From: Synechococcus sp.
GTDB lineage: Bacteria > Cyanobacteriota > Cyanobacteriia > Thermostichales > PCC-7336
Reading direction: 5' to 3'
Assembly: GCA_051439605.1 (NCBI GenBank)
Contig: JBFRWN010000017.1
Location: forward strand, 128,001 to 192,000
Length of the DNA stretch: 64,000 nucleotides
The notes under the pieces are model-generated. The model saw only the letters and a list, made by a program, of their open reading frames with translations, had not been told where the DNA came from and did not search any database. The position numbers and the translations under genes were made by a program. Positions 42,620 to 53,380 of this stretch are shown one piece after another (positions within the stretch are counted from its first letter, which is position 1; each line of letters starts with the position of its first letter).

Positions 42620-42680
42620 TTTAGAGATCGAAGACACTATGAATTTAGGTTAAGTACCTCTTACTTGCAGGAGATCGCTC

Positions 42681-42824
42681 ATGGAATCTCAAGACACCCG
42701 TTTCGGCTTCACTAGTTTTGCAGAAAAGTGGAATGGCCGTCTGGCTATGCTGGGCTTCGTTATTGGTATTGCCACCGAGCTGCTTACTGGTGAAGGTATT
42801 CTGACGCAAATTGGCCTGATGTAA
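42681..42824 (+). CDS. hli: High-light-inducible protein (CAB/ELIP/HLIP), 47 aa
   Basis: Hand translation MESQDTRFGFTSFAEKWNGRLAMLGFVIGIATELLTGEGILTQIGLM; AGGAG RBS. Confidence 0.96.
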   Translation: MESQDTRFGFTSFAEKWNGRLAMLGFVIGIATELLTGEGILTQIGLM

Positions 42825-42877
42825 GCGCAGTCCAAAGAGTTGAATTCAAGCTCTGAAGTTCATGTAGTACTATGTTT

Positions 42878-42904
42878 GCCTCCGCGATCAGCGGAGGCTT
42901 TTTT
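42878..42904 (+). terminator. Intrinsic terminator of hli
   Basis: GCCTCCGC-GATCA-GCGGAGGC followed by T6. Confidence 0.8.
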
Positions 42905-43164
42905 ACGGTCTTCCTTCCCACAACTTCCACTCTAAGGACCTCGCCCTCTAGGAAATCGGTCGCGATAGCTAAATTGAAGTGGATGTGGAATAGATGACGG
43001 CCGGTTGACGGCTTAGCGATCGCTATCTTTATCTTCTCTACCACTGAAGTGAAGTCTTTATTCCAACTGCCACTTTTACACCGTACACAAAGGTTTTTCG
43101 CTGCCTGAAGGCACCCTACCGTATCGTCTGCCAGATGCCAGATACATGAAGTTGAGAGGGTCAG

Positions 43165-44172
43165 TTACAGTGGCTTTTCCGATTGGGAGTTGCGGCTTTC
43201 TGCCACAGTTGTGGAGAGAGCTAATGGATCGAAAACATCGCCCCGTTGCGCGCGGAACATGCCAAATCGGCATAACCCTGTCCCAAAGGCGAAGCGCATC
43301 AAGAGCAGTGTGGGAACCTCCCGCAAGGACTTAACAAACCCCGAAAAACCAAACTTCACAAGACCTCGGGGGCGAACAATTCCCTGCCAAATGGAGTCGA
43401 TCCAGGAGGGTAGCGTTTCTGCAGTCCAGTCATCCGTAAACACCTCTCCGGCGACAAACCCCGTTTCTGCTAGCAGTTCTGAAAATCCTTCAATGCTAGA
43501 AAATTTGGGGTGAGACCACTGATCTAGCAACTGCTTCATGACGGGCTTTTCCCAGAAATTGAGAGGAATTTGACGATCGTCCCGCTGATTCCAATCCGCC
43601 ACCACCAAGATTCCTCCTGGCTTTAGTACCCGCATCAGCTCTGTAGCAAACAGAGCCTTGTCAGGCATGTGGGGACCTGCTTCCACTGACCACACAACAT
43701 CAAAACTGGCATCGGGATAGGACAATGCCAGGGCGTCATCGACCTTGAATGTGGCGTCTACATCGGCAGGGGTCAGTTGCTGGGCTCGTTTCACCTGTTG
43801 GGGGCTGATGGTGACCCCAGTAACGGAGAAGCCAAAGTCTTTGGCTAAGATACGGCTGCTACCACCGATACCGCAGCCCACATCCAACAGTGAACTGCCA
43901 CTGGGCAGTTTGTCTAATCCTCCCCACTGCACCATCTCGCGCACGAAATCGATCTTGGCTTGGATAAAGTTCTTGCGCCGCGGGGGTAAGCCGTAGTGCC
44001 CTAAATGAATGTGCTCCCCCCAATAAAATTCGAGGATGCCGTCCTCCGTCCATTCGTCGTAGGAATTGGCCACAGTATCAGCAGACTCGTAAGCTCGGGG
44101 GGTGAGGAGATAGACAGCGATGCCGATGGCGGGTAGAGCAACAAGCAGACCAAGGATAAGGGGGAGACTCAT
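43165..44172 (-). CDS. MPBQ/MSBQ methyltransferase (tocopherol/plastoquinone pathway; sll0418-like)
   Basis: WTEDGILEFYWGEHIHLGHY, LDVGCGIGGSSR, WSVEAGPHMPDK, ADWNQRDDR. Confidence 0.9.
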   Translation of the reverse strand: MSLPLILGLLVALPAIGIAVYLLTPRAYESADTVANSYDEWTEDGILEFYWGEHIHLGHYGLPPRRKNFIQAKIDFVREMVQWGGLDKLPSGSSLLDVGCGIGGSSRILAKDFGFSVTGVTISPQQVKRAQQLTPADVDATFKVDDALALSYPDASFDVVWSVEAGPHMPDKALFATELMRVLKPGGILVVADWNQRDDRQIPLNFWEKPVMKQLLDQWSHPKFSSIEGFSELLAETGFVAGEVFTDDWTAETLPSWIDSIWQGIVRPRGLVKFGFSGFVKSLREVPTLLLMRFAFGTGLCRFGMFRAQRGDVFDPLALSTTVAESRNSQSEKPL

Positions 44173-44278
44173 TAAGGAGTGTCTTTATATTTGTTAACAA
44201 TTATTCTCTCACTATACCAAGCCTCCCTAGACTGTCCCTTCTCTCGATCGGTTGAAGACTGTGCGATCGCCAGAAGAA

Positions 44279-45934
44279 TTACGCTCCCTTTTGCAGCTGC
44301 CAAAACTGAATCGACTGGGCCGCCCCTAACTTTAAGCCTGAAATGTTGGGACTCCCGAAGGCATAGTCTATTCCTTGTACCAGTGGAATAAACGGTACTT
44401 GTTCGGCGATCGCCGCCTGAGCATCCTCCAGCAATTGTTGGCGAGTTTTGGGATCGGCTTCTACTCGCTGTGCCTGCACCATATCGTTAATCAATTCGTC
44501 AAAGAAAAAGGAGCCGTGGGCATAGGTGGAACCTTCCACGCAGATTCCATCTTCAGCGCGATCGCACAGCACAAACGGCTGTAAATAATTATCGGGGTCT
44601 AAAAAGTCTGGCGCCCAGGACAGTAACACCATGGGATAGCTGCCCTTGTCTAAATTGCTGAACAGGGAGGCCGCTTCCACCGACTGCAGCTCAAGTTGAA
44701 AGAGACCCTCCAGATCCGCTTCTAGCGATGCCTTGAGTGTATTGGAAATTAGCTCCCCGCGGGCATTGCTGGAGGCGTGCCAAAGTGTGGTTTGAGCCGG
44801 TGAATCTTGGGTAAAGCCAGCTCCGCGTAACAGCGTTTTGGCCTGTTCCAGATCGCGATCTCCGTACTTATTCAAAAAAGCAGGGCTGGCCGCCGCAACA
44901 GTGTCCGGAATAAGGGAATATAGCGGTGAAGCCTGGTTGAGAAAAACCCGTTCCTGAAGCAGGGTGCGGTTGATGGCGGCGGCGATCGCCTGCCGCACTT
45001 CTACGCGATCCAGTGGCGGTTGAGTGACGTTCAGTACCAAGTAGCGGATCAAGGAGCTAGTTTGGGCAGCCACTTGCCAGTTTCGGGACTCTTGCTCGTT
45101 GACTAACGTTTGTATCTGACTGGGCTCGAGGGTTTGAAAAGCCACATCAATGGCCTGGCTTTTGAAGGCGTTGAGTAGGGAGGCAGGGGTATTGAAGATT
45201 TGGACATCAATGCCGCTGTTGGCGGCGGGTTCCCCCCAATAGTCATCGTTGCGATCGAGCACTATGCGGGCATTCTCGGCATAGTCCACTAGGCGGTAAT
45301 GACCGGTTGCAACCACCGTCTCTGGCTGAAATCCTCCGATGGAATGGGCGGCTGGAGAAACAGCACAGGCCCCAGGAAAGGCCAGGGTAGCAGTGAGGGC
45401 GCTAAAGGGCTTCTCTAGGCCTATTGTTAGCTCGTACTCTCCAGTAGCTTGGATCGATTGCACCACATCCGCCAGTAGAAAGGCTGGCTTGCCACCGTTT
45501 TCCATCAGCCGACGCAGCGAAAAGGCCATGGCATCGGCATTAAACGCCGTGCCGTCGTGGAACGTAACCCCCTGCCGTAAAGGAATGGTGTAGGTGGTGC
45601 CGTTTTCGCTAATCTGCGGCATGGAAGTGGCTAGCAGTGGAACTAGATTTCCACTGTTTGGTTCGTAGGCGTATAAAGTTTCACCAATATTGAGCAGTAG
45701 ATTCAGGGAAACGGGTTCGAAAGCATCGGAAGGATCGAGGGTGCGGATGCGATCGGTAATGCCAAAGGAAATGCGGCGATCGCTGGGGTTTGTTGCCTCT
45801 TGCGGAGGAGAATCCTCTGGTTGCTGAGGTGTGGAGGTGGTGCCACATCCCACCAAGACCAATCCGGCCCCACCGCAAAAAGCGAGGAACCGGCGACGGG
45901 AGGGGGAAAAGTCGATCCAGTTGTGATTCATCAC
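44279..45934 (-). CDS. ABC peptide-type substrate-binding lipoprotein (family 5)
   Basis: SRRRFL Tat motif with LVGC lipobox; TLDP, FHDGT, WAPDFLDPDNY. Confidence 0.9.
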   Translation of the reverse strand: MMNHNWIDFSPSRRRFLAFCGGAGLVLVGCGTTSTPQQPEDSPPQEATNPSDRRISFGITDRIRTLDPSDAFEPVSLNLLLNIGETLYAYEPNSGNLVPLLATSMPQISENGTTYTIPLRQGVTFHDGTAFNADAMAFSLRRLMENGGKPAFLLADVVQSIQATGEYELTIGLEKPFSALTATLAFPGACAVSPAAHSIGGFQPETVVATGHYRLVDYAENARIVLDRNDDYWGEPAANSGIDVQIFNTPASLLNAFKSQAIDVAFQTLEPSQIQTLVNEQESRNWQVAAQTSSLIRYLVLNVTQPPLDRVEVRQAIAAAINRTLLQERVFLNQASPLYSLIPDTVAAASPAFLNKYGDRDLEQAKTLLRGAGFTQDSPAQTTLWHASSNARGELISNTLKASLEADLEGLFQLELQSVEAASLFSNLDKGSYPMVLLSWAPDFLDPDNYLQPFVLCDRAEDGICVEGSTYAHGSFFFDELINDMVQAQRVEADPKTRQQLLEDAQAAIAEQVPFIPLVQGIDYAFGSPNISGLKLGAAQSIQFWQLQKGA

Positions 45935-46374
45935 TCATCCACATCGCAAGAACGTTACGGATTATAGGTGCATCAAACCGTTGGAATCGAGTAAGTTTGT
46001 CTTAGCTTCATTCTTGTAGCCTATGATTCACAGAAATTTCACGCCCTGTGCTTATAGTGAGTGCAGTGAGGATTCAGACGGCACATCCGCTGTTGCGCGA
46101 GTAGGATGTTCGCGAGAGAACAAAAGCATCTAATTGCAGCATTGCTAACTTCCAATGCCCATCGATACTGCCTCCCACATCCAGTTGGAGATAGTTCTCC
46201 AATCCGTGCACGTTCAAGTGGATGTTGGAGAAATGGTTGTTATGCTACGTTTGTAGGCTCTCCCCGCCAAGTTTTATACAGACCCAACTGTCCGCGATAG
46301 GGATTTCTCCATAAGACCTGCCGCCGTTGTCACGCTCGACCGCAAACGGTCAGAGAAGATTGAGGGATACAGAG

Positions 46375-46587
46375 ATGAATCTACTCAAGTGGGCAATCGC
46401 CCGAATCAGTCACCGTTGCCCTAGTTGGCAAGATTTAGGATACATAGCCATCTTAGTCTTGTCCGCTTTGGCTGCCTTGGCGTTCTTCGAACAATATCGG
46501 GCGGTCAATGAAGGCGATCCAGCCGTTCAGATTCCCGCTGTTCTAACCCAGCTCGACGTTCCAGGGGAAAGATCCATTGAACCCTGA
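46375..46587 (+). CDS. Small single-TM hypothetical protein
   Basis: MNLLKWAI...YIAILVLSALAALAFF hydrophobic helix; purine-rich upstream sequence. Confidence 0.45.
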   Translation: MNLLKWAIARISHRCPSWQDLGYIAILVLSALAALAFFEQYRAVNEGDPAVQIPAVLTQLDVPGERSIEP

Positions 46588-46785
46588 TGTTGCGGCAGCG
46601 CAGCACGAACTATAGCTGTTGCATCTCAGTTAGGCCAGCTAGATCTGTGGGGAGTCAGGGGTCTGAATGGCTGAAATGTTCTAAGCGACTGGACAGTTGT
46701 AGGCCTTCAGAGGCTTTATAGCCGCACTCGCCGTAACTTTTGCTATACAGTCAAGAACTACTGCACATCATTCCCCAGACTTTGG

Positions 46786-47622
46786 ATGAATATCGGCATT
46801 GTTGGCATGGGTCTGATTGGCGGCTCTCTAGCATTGGAATTTCGCAAACACGGTCATACCGTTTGGGGAACCAGTCGCAATTTCGCCACCTGTCAAACGG
46901 CACTCGATCGCCAAATTGTGCACCATGCCAGCACGGATCTGGCCAGTCTTCAGGACACAGACATCGTCTTCATTTGCACCCCGATTCCCTACGTGCTGTC
47001 CACAGTGGAAGCCCTTGCCACCATTTTGCGAGCGGATGCCGTAATGACCGATGTGGCATCGGTTAAAGAAGCAATCGCCCAACCTGCTACAGACATCTGG
47101 CCGAATTTTGTGGCTGCTCACCCGATGGCGGGCACCGCCGAGCATGGAATTGATGCGGCTCAGTTCGACCTGTTTCCTGACTGTGCTTATGTCATTACCC
47201 CTGTTGCTGCTACGCGGCCGGTGGCAATTGACAGGCTTGAATCAGTATTGCAATCTTTGCGCGTTAATCTGGTGCATACGACTCCCAATACCCACGACGC
47301 TGCTGTGGCGTGGATCAGTCACCTGCCAGCGATGGTGAGTGCTTCGTTGGTAGCTACGGTGGGTAACGCCGTGGCGGAGGAGGCTCAGCTAGCTCAGAAG
47401 TTGGCCAGTAGTGGGTTTCGGGATACTAGCCGCGTAGGGGGGGGGAATCCTGAGCTGGGGGCAGCAATGGCGCAATTTAATCGACAGGCGTTGTTGAGGT
47501 CGCTGTATGCCTATCGAGAGCAGTTAGATGCGATTGTGGCGGATATTGAAGCGGAAGATTGGGCAGGATTGTTTGCCAAGTTGGAGAAAAATACTGAGCT
47601 AAGGGCTTCGTTTGTGGATTGA
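46786..47622 (+). CDS. tyrA: Prephenate/arogenate dehydrogenase
   Basis: GMGLIGGS, TDVASVK, HPMAGT, HD..VAWISHLP, SSGFRDTSRVGGG. Confidence 0.93.
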   Translation: MNIGIVGMGLIGGSLALEFRKHGHTVWGTSRNFATCQTALDRQIVHHASTDLASLQDTDIVFICTPIPYVLSTVEALATILRADAVMTDVASVKEAIAQPATDIWPNFVAAHPMAGTAEHGIDAAQFDLFPDCAYVITPVAATRPVAIDRLESVLQSLRVNLVHTTPNTHDAAVAWISHLPAMVSASLVATVGNAVAEEAQLAQKLASSGFRDTSRVGGGNPELGAAMAQFNRQALLRSLYAYREQLDAIVADIEAEDWAGLFAKLEKNTELRASFVD

Positions 47623-47758
47623 TGTGATTGCGGCTTGAGTCCTGTATTCGGTTCAATCGAAGCCAACGAATTGATGGATAAAACTATGGATAAAAACAAA
47701 GACAGCTTCGGAGGATCCTAAGCTGTCTATTGATTGCGATGGGTCTTGTAACGGGTTT

Positions 47759-48781
47759 CTAGCGGGAGGCTACAGCAACTGAGGCTTCTGCTTGCTGCTT
47801 GCGGGTCAGCTCGTTGTTATGCCAGTTCCAGGCATGCTCCACTATCGTGGTTAGATCGCCGTAGCGGGGAATCCAACCTAACAACTCCTCGGCTAGAGCA
47901 TTGCTACCCACCAACTTCGGCGAATCCCCTGGACGGCGGGGACTGATGGCAACGGGGAATTGGCGCTCGGCCACCTGCATGACCTTGTCGGCCACTTCTT
48001 TGACGGAGAAGCCGCGCATGTTTCCCAAGTTGAAGATTTGGCTACTGTGCTCTCGCTTGAGGTATTGCAAGGCGAGGCTGAAGGCGTCAGCTAAGTCCAT
48101 CACGTGGATGTAGTCACGAATGCAGGTGCCGTCTGGGGTGTCGTAATCATCACCGAACATCTTCAGGCTGGAACGCACTCCCAATGCGGCCTCAATCGCG
48201 ATCGGAATCAGGTGGGTTTCGGGGTCGTGATCTTCACCGATAGTGCCGTCGGGGGCTGCTCCGGCGGCGTTAAAGAAGCGGAACACCACCGATTGAATAT
48301 CGTAGGCGTGGCGGTAGTCCTGCAGAATACGTTCCACCATCCACTTGGTGGCTCCGTAGGGGCTGAGGGGATTGAGGGGGTGGGATTCGGGGATGGGCAG
48401 AATTTGCGGGTCGCCGTACACCGCACAGGTGGACGGAAAAACAAAGTGCTTTACATTGGCCGCCACCATGGCGTCCAGCACCGTCAAGGTGTTGGCCACG
48501 TTGTTACGATAATAGAGGCCTGGGGAGGTGGTGGATTCTCCCACCTGAATAGACGCAGCTAGGTGGCAGACTGCGGAAAATGAATGTTGGTTGAAGAGAT
48601 TTTCCAGTAGGCTGGCATCGCCAATGTCGCCAACCACCAGCTTGCCATCTGGGACAAAATCAGCACGACCGCTGGACAGATTATCGAGGACAACAACGTC
48701 GTACCCATCATTGAGGAGAACCTTAACTACATGGGAGCCGATATAACCTGCTCCACCGGTGACGAGGATTGTCTCTTTCAT
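47759..48781 (-). CDS. galE: UDP-glucose 4-epimerase
   Basis: TGGAGYIGSH, YGATK, FNAAGA, DGTCIRDYIHV.DLA. Confidence 0.93.
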   Translation of the reverse strand: MKETILVTGGAGYIGSHVVKVLLNDGYDVVVLDNLSSGRADFVPDGKLVVGDIGDASLLENLFNQHSFSAVCHLAASIQVGESTTSPGLYYRNNVANTLTVLDAMVAANVKHFVFPSTCAVYGDPQILPIPESHPLNPLSPYGATKWMVERILQDYRHAYDIQSVVFRFFNAAGAAPDGTIGEDHDPETHLIPIAIEAALGVRSSLKMFGDDYDTPDGTCIRDYIHVMDLADAFSLALQYLKREHSSQIFNLGNMRGFSVKEVADKVMQVAERQFPVAISPRRPGDSPKLVGSNALAEELLGWIPRYGDLTTIVEHAWNWHNNELTRKQQAEASVAVASR

Positions 48782-49060
48782 GGGTTTTTACAACTCTTTG
48801 TTAATAGTTATACGTGACTTCTACATTTTTCGTAAGTATCGCGGGATGCTCTTTTACGCTGAGTTCTGATACTGACTTGTGAGACTGCGGGGAGGAAGTT
48901 GAGAGCCAATGCTTGAAGTACGGGAATTTTCAGCTCGAGAAATTTTACAGTTCGGAACATAACAGGTTTGAAATTGACAGCCAGACTCGATCGCGGCTCA
49001 AAACTGAACCACCGGCGATATCCCGACCTACGATAGTTAAGAGATATAAAGGCGTGACTC

Positions 49061-50179
49061 GTGCTGCAGCTTAGTTCTGAGGAAACCCCTCCATCAACAC
49101 CTTCCATCGCAATGACAGATGCTGGCATGAAGGGCATAGGTACGGAGATCGCGATCCGGGTCGATCGCCTTACTAAACAGTTTGCCCAATTGCGGTCTAT
49201 CCCTCAGCTCTTGCGCAATCAACCGGTTCAGTCCCAGACCGTCTTGCAGGATGTCTCCTTCCAGGTGGGCAAGGGGGAGGTGTTTGGGGTGCTGGGCACT
49301 AATGGGGCGGGGAAGACCACTCTGACTCGCATTCTATGCACGATGGTGTGGCCCGATCGCGGTTCGGTGCAGGTGGCGGGAGCAAACGTCGTTCAGCGAC
49401 CCCTAGATGTCCGAAAATCTGTCGGATATGTCACCTGCGCCGATCGCTCGTTTGAGGAACGAATTAGCGCGATCGGAAACTTGAGATTTTTTGCTGCCCT
49501 GAATGACTTAAATGGCCGAGAGCTGGAGCATCGGGTGGCTGAAGTGATAGAGCAAGTGGGCCTGAATGACTTCGCCCACCAAGCAGTGCGGAGCTTTTCG
49601 ACGGGGATGAAACAAAAGCTAGCGATCGCCCGCGCGCTCTTGCACAATCCGCAAATTCTGTTTTTAGACGAGCCCACGAGTGGTTTGGACCCCTTGGCGG
49701 CCGATCGCTTCCGAAGGTTTTTGCAACAGCTTTCGAAAGAGCACCAGCGCACCATCTTTCTGTGTACGCACATGCCAGATGAAATCGAGCAGTTGTGCGA
49801 TCGCGTGTTGTTTTTGCACCGGGGGCGCAGTTTGGCCTCTGGCACGCTGGGGGCAATTCGGCGGACGGTGCGCCCCTACTCCGAGTACGAGATAGTCACG
49901 TTAGAACCGCCACCGTTTCAATCGGGTGCCGCGATTGCTTCTGGAGTTGAAGTGTTACAGATCCAACCTCTACACGGGTGTGCGGGTTGGCTGATGCGAA
50001 TCTCTGTGAAACAAGCAGTCATCAACCCGCAACGGGAAGAAGCGACGATTGCTGCAGTTCTGCAGCAGTTGGTTGCACTCCAGCTCGATGTTGCGGAATG
50101 CCGTAAGCAAGAGATGTCGCTGGCGGACTTGTACGCGGCACTGACCGAGAACATCGTGAGTTTGGAGGCGAGATCGTAA
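49061..50179 (+). CDS. ABC-2 type exporter ATP-binding subunit (start uncertain)
   Basis: GTNGAGKT, FSTGMKQK, FLDEPT; TAATG overlap with the permease gene. Confidence 0.9.
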   Translation: MLQLSSEETPPSTPSIAMTDAGMKGIGTEIAIRVDRLTKQFAQLRSIPQLLRNQPVQSQTVLQDVSFQVGKGEVFGVLGTNGAGKTTLTRILCTMVWPDRGSVQVAGANVVQRPLDVRKSVGYVTCADRSFEERISAIGNLRFFAALNDLNGRELEHRVAEVIEQVGLNDFAHQAVRSFSTGMKQKLAIARALLHNPQILFLDEPTSGLDPLAADRFRRFLQQLSKEHQRTIFLCTHMPDEIEQLCDRVLFLHRGRSLASGTLGAIRRTVRPYSEYEIVTLEPPPFQSGAAIASGVEVLQIQPLHGCAGWLMRISVKQAVINPQREEATIAAVLQQLVALQLDVAECRKQEMSLADLYAALTENIVSLEARS

Positions 50180-51006
50180 TGAACGCTGCCAACATCGCGG
50201 GATGGACACGCAAGCTGCTGGCATTTGCTCGTAAAGATTTACAGGTGGCTACCAGCTACCGCACCGATTTTCTAGCCCGCAATTTTGGCATCCTCAGTTT
50301 CACCCTGCTGTTTTATTTCGCGGGGGGGTCGATGGGGGGGGAAGGCGGCATTGGGCTGCTGGGGGGAGAGAGTGTCGAATACTTTCCATTTGTCGTCATT
50401 GGCTTGGCGTTCCTGACGTTTATCAACACGTTGGTGAACGACTTCCCCGAAACCATTAAGCAGGCTCAAACCTTTGGCACTCTGGAGCCGATGTTGATTA
50501 CCACCACGCCTATTTGGCTCATTTTGGCGGGTAATCTCAGCTATCCCCTGATTCGCAGCAGCCTCAACGTACTGAGCTATTTCCTCCTAGCGGTGCTGTT
50601 GGGGGTGGATTTAACGCAAGCCAACTGGCTGTCGGCGATCGCCGTATTCATCACTACGGTGGCAGCCTTTGGAGGACTAGGGGCGCTTTTGGGGGCCAGC
50701 GTGATGGTGTTTAAGCAGAACTTCAGCCGCTTTGTGCTGCAAACCCTGTTTGCCCTTTTTGGCGGGGTATTTTTCCCAATTGACTCGCTGCCTACAGGCT
50801 TACGCTGGTTGGCCTACTGTATTCCCCTCACCCCAGCGTTAGAAGGGATGCGAGCGGCAATACTGCGGGGGGCAACAGTGGTGGAGTTGTGGCAGCCACT
50901 GCTGCAGCTCTCAATATTTGCAGCAGTGCTCTTACCCCTGGGGTTCGGTACATTTCGAACAGCAGTTCGCGTGGCTCAAAAAGACGGCACGCTGACGTAT
51001 CGGTAA
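50179..51006 (+). CDS. ABC-2 type exporter permease
   Basis: About six TM helices, GTLEP, GGVFFP..LP motifs. Confidence 0.88.
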   Translation: MNAANIAGWTRKLLAFARKDLQVATSYRTDFLARNFGILSFTLLFYFAGGSMGGEGGIGLLGGESVEYFPFVVIGLAFLTFINTLVNDFPETIKQAQTFGTLEPMLITTTPIWLILAGNLSYPLIRSSLNVLSYFLLAVLLGVDLTQANWLSAIAVFITTVAAFGGLGALLGASVMVFKQNFSRFVLQTLFALFGGVFFPIDSLPTGLRWLAYCIPLTPALEGMRAAILRGATVVELWQPLLQLSIFAAVLLPLGFGTFRTAVRVAQKDGTLTYR

Positions 51007-51161
51007 GTCGTTGCCCTGCATTTCAAAACGTCCCACTTGCGGCAAGGGAATGACAAGAGATTTCCTAATCGGCGGACTGACCTAAAGGCTACATAAAGAG
51101 TAGTCTAAGGTACTAAAATCCCCCTTTAAGATTGGGAATCAGCCGCTTTTTCTGGTGTCCC

Positions 51162-53123
51162 ATGAGTGCAACCGCCGAATCCAGCACCATCGAGTCCGTT
51201 CTGCAAGAAGTCCGCCGCTTTGAGCCCCCTGCTGACTTTGTGGCCAGTACAAGGGTGAATGCAGAGCAGCTCAAGCAGATGGTGGCAGCTGCGCAAGCTG
51301 ACCCTGAAAAATTCTGGGGGGATCTGGCCGCCTCCGAACTGGAGTGGTTCCAGCCCTGGGACAAAGTTCTGGACTGGCAATTGCCCTTTGCCAAGTGGTT
51401 TGTGGGGGGCAAGCTCAATTTGTCTTACAACTGCCTCGATCGCCATCTCTCCACCCACCGCCGCAACAAAGCCGCCATCATTTGGGAGGGGGAACCCGGC
51501 GACTCTCGCACCATCACCTACGCCCAACTTCACCGCGAAGTCTGCCAATTTGCCAACGCTCTGAAGTCACTGGGGGTTGCCAAAGGCGATCGCGTGGGCA
51601 TCTACATGCCCATGATTCCCGAAGCAGCGATCGCCATGTTGGCCTGTGCCCGCATTGGAGCCCCCCACTCGATTGTGTTTGGTGGATTCAGTGCAGAGGC
51701 ACTGCGCGATCGCCTCAACGACGCCGAAGCCAAGGTGGTCATCACAGCAGATGGAGGCTTCCGCAAAGACAAAATTGTTTCCCTCAAACCCAAAGTAGAC
51801 GCGGCGATTGCCGATGGCCAAGCCCCATCGGTCAAACATGTGCTGGTAGTGCAGCGAACCAAGCATGACGTTCATATGGAATCCGGGCGGGACGTGTGGT
51901 GGCACGAGCTACAACCCACCATGAGTGGTGATTGCCCCGCCGAACCCATGGATAGCGAAGACCTGCTGTTTATCCTCTACACCTCCGGCACCACCGGTAA
52001 GCCCAAAGGCGTTGTGCATACGACAGGTGGCTACAGCCTTTACACCCACATGACTACCCAATGGGTATTTGACCTCAAAGAAACCGATGTCTATTGGTGT
52101 ACAGCAGACGTGGGCTGGATCACCGGCCACAGTTACATCATCTACGGCCCTCTGTCTAATGGAGCCACAACAGTGATGTTTGAGGGGGCTCCCCGTCCCT
52201 CCAAGCCTGGTGCGCTCTGGGAAGTGGTTGAAAAGTACGGCGTCAATATCTTCTACACCGCTCCGACGGCAATCCGAGCCTTTATCAAAGCCGGGGAAGA
52301 CATTCCTAACCAATACGATCTGTCGTCTCTTCGCCTGCTGGGCACCGTGGGCGAGCCGATTAACCCCGATGTGTGGATGTGGTACCGCCGGGTGATTGGC
52401 GGCGATCGCTGTCCCATTGTCGATACCTGGTGGCAAACGGAAACGGGAGGCATCATCATCACCTCGCTGCCCGGAGCCGTCCCCTCCAAGCCCGGAGCTG
52501 CCGGGTTCCCCTTACCGGGAATTCAGGCGGATGTTGTCACCCTCGAGGGCAATCCCACTCCGACCGACCAGGGAGGATTTTTAATCATCAAGCAACCCTG
52601 GCCCGGAATGCTTCGCAATGTCTATGGCAATCCGGAGCGATTCCACAGAACCTATTTCGGAGAGGTCGAAGGAGCTTATTTTGCTGGGGATGGCGCTCGT
52701 AAAGATGCCGATGGCTATTTCTGGGTGATGGGGCGGGTAGACGATGTCATCAACGTCTCCGGACACCGGTTGGGGACAATGGAGATTGAATCTGCACTGG
52801 TGTCCCACCCAATGGTGGCAGAGGCAGCGGTGGTTGGCCGTCCCGACGACCTGAAAGGAGAAGCGATCGCGGCGTTTGTCACCCTTGAGGGCAACCAGCA
52901 GGGCTCGGATACAGCCATCGCCGACTTGAAACAACATGTGGCGAAAGAGATTGGGGCGATCGCCCGACCGGACGACATTCACTTTACCGATGCCTTGCCC
53001 AAAACGCGATCGGGCAAGATTATGCGCCGTCTACTCCGTAATTTGGCGGCTGGTGAGGAGATCGTCGGAGATACCTCTACTCTCGAAGATCGGACGGTGC
53101 TTGAAAGTTTGCGGCTCTCTTAG
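51162..53123 (+). CDS. acsA: Acetyl-CoA synthetase
   Basis: [35 protein letters not shown] at 51162. Confidence 0.97.
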   Translation: MSATAESSTIESVLQEVRRFEPPADFVASTRVNAEQLKQMVAAAQADPEKFWGDLAASELEWFQPWDKVLDWQLPFAKWFVGGKLNLSYNCLDRHLSTHRRNKAAIIWEGEPGDSRTITYAQLHREVCQFANALKSLGVAKGDRVGIYMPMIPEAAIAMLACARIGAPHSIVFGGFSAEALRDRLNDAEAKVVITADGGFRKDKIVSLKPKVDAAIADGQAPSVKHVLVVQRTKHDVHMESGRDVWWHELQPTMSGDCPAEPMDSEDLLFILYTSGTTGKPKGVVHTTGGYSLYTHMTTQWVFDLKETDVYWCTADVGWITGHSYIIYGPLSNGATTVMFEGAPRPSKPGALWEVVEKYGVNIFYTAPTAIRAFIKAGEDIPNQYDLSSLRLLGTVGEPINPDVWMWYRRVIGGDRCPIVDTWWQTETGGIIITSLPGAVPSKPGAAGFPLPGIQADVVTLEGNPTPTDQGGFLIIKQPWPGMLRNVYGNPERFHRTYFGEVEGAYFAGDGARKDADGYFWVMGRVDDVINVSGHRLGTMEIESALVSHPMVAEAAVVGRPDDLKGEAIAAFVTLEGNQQGSDTAIADLKQHVAKEIGAIARPDDIHFTDALPKTRSGKIMRRLLRNLAAGEEIVGDTSTLEDRTVLESLRLS

Positions 53124-53380
53124 GTATAAGTAACTAAACGTTAAGCTGTAGACAGCAAGCTAAGGTCACACTTTTTGCTTCGTGTTCATCCAGTTGGATG
53201 AGAACATGGCATATAAAGTGTCTGGGCATGACTCCTACAGCGAAATAATGCTATGAAAAGCAATGTTGCAACGGTAACCAACTCAAAGGCCCCCTTGAGT
53301 TAGTTTATTGAGCCAGCAGTGATAATTATTCGTTTTAACCACCCGTAACCACCAGTAATTGCCAGGAGAGCACCGAACAA

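Noticed and set aside
46786..47622. Functional link between tyrA (prephenate use) and the cmoA cluster
   Set aside because: It is about 8 kb away with unrelated genes between; proximity is probably coincidental.
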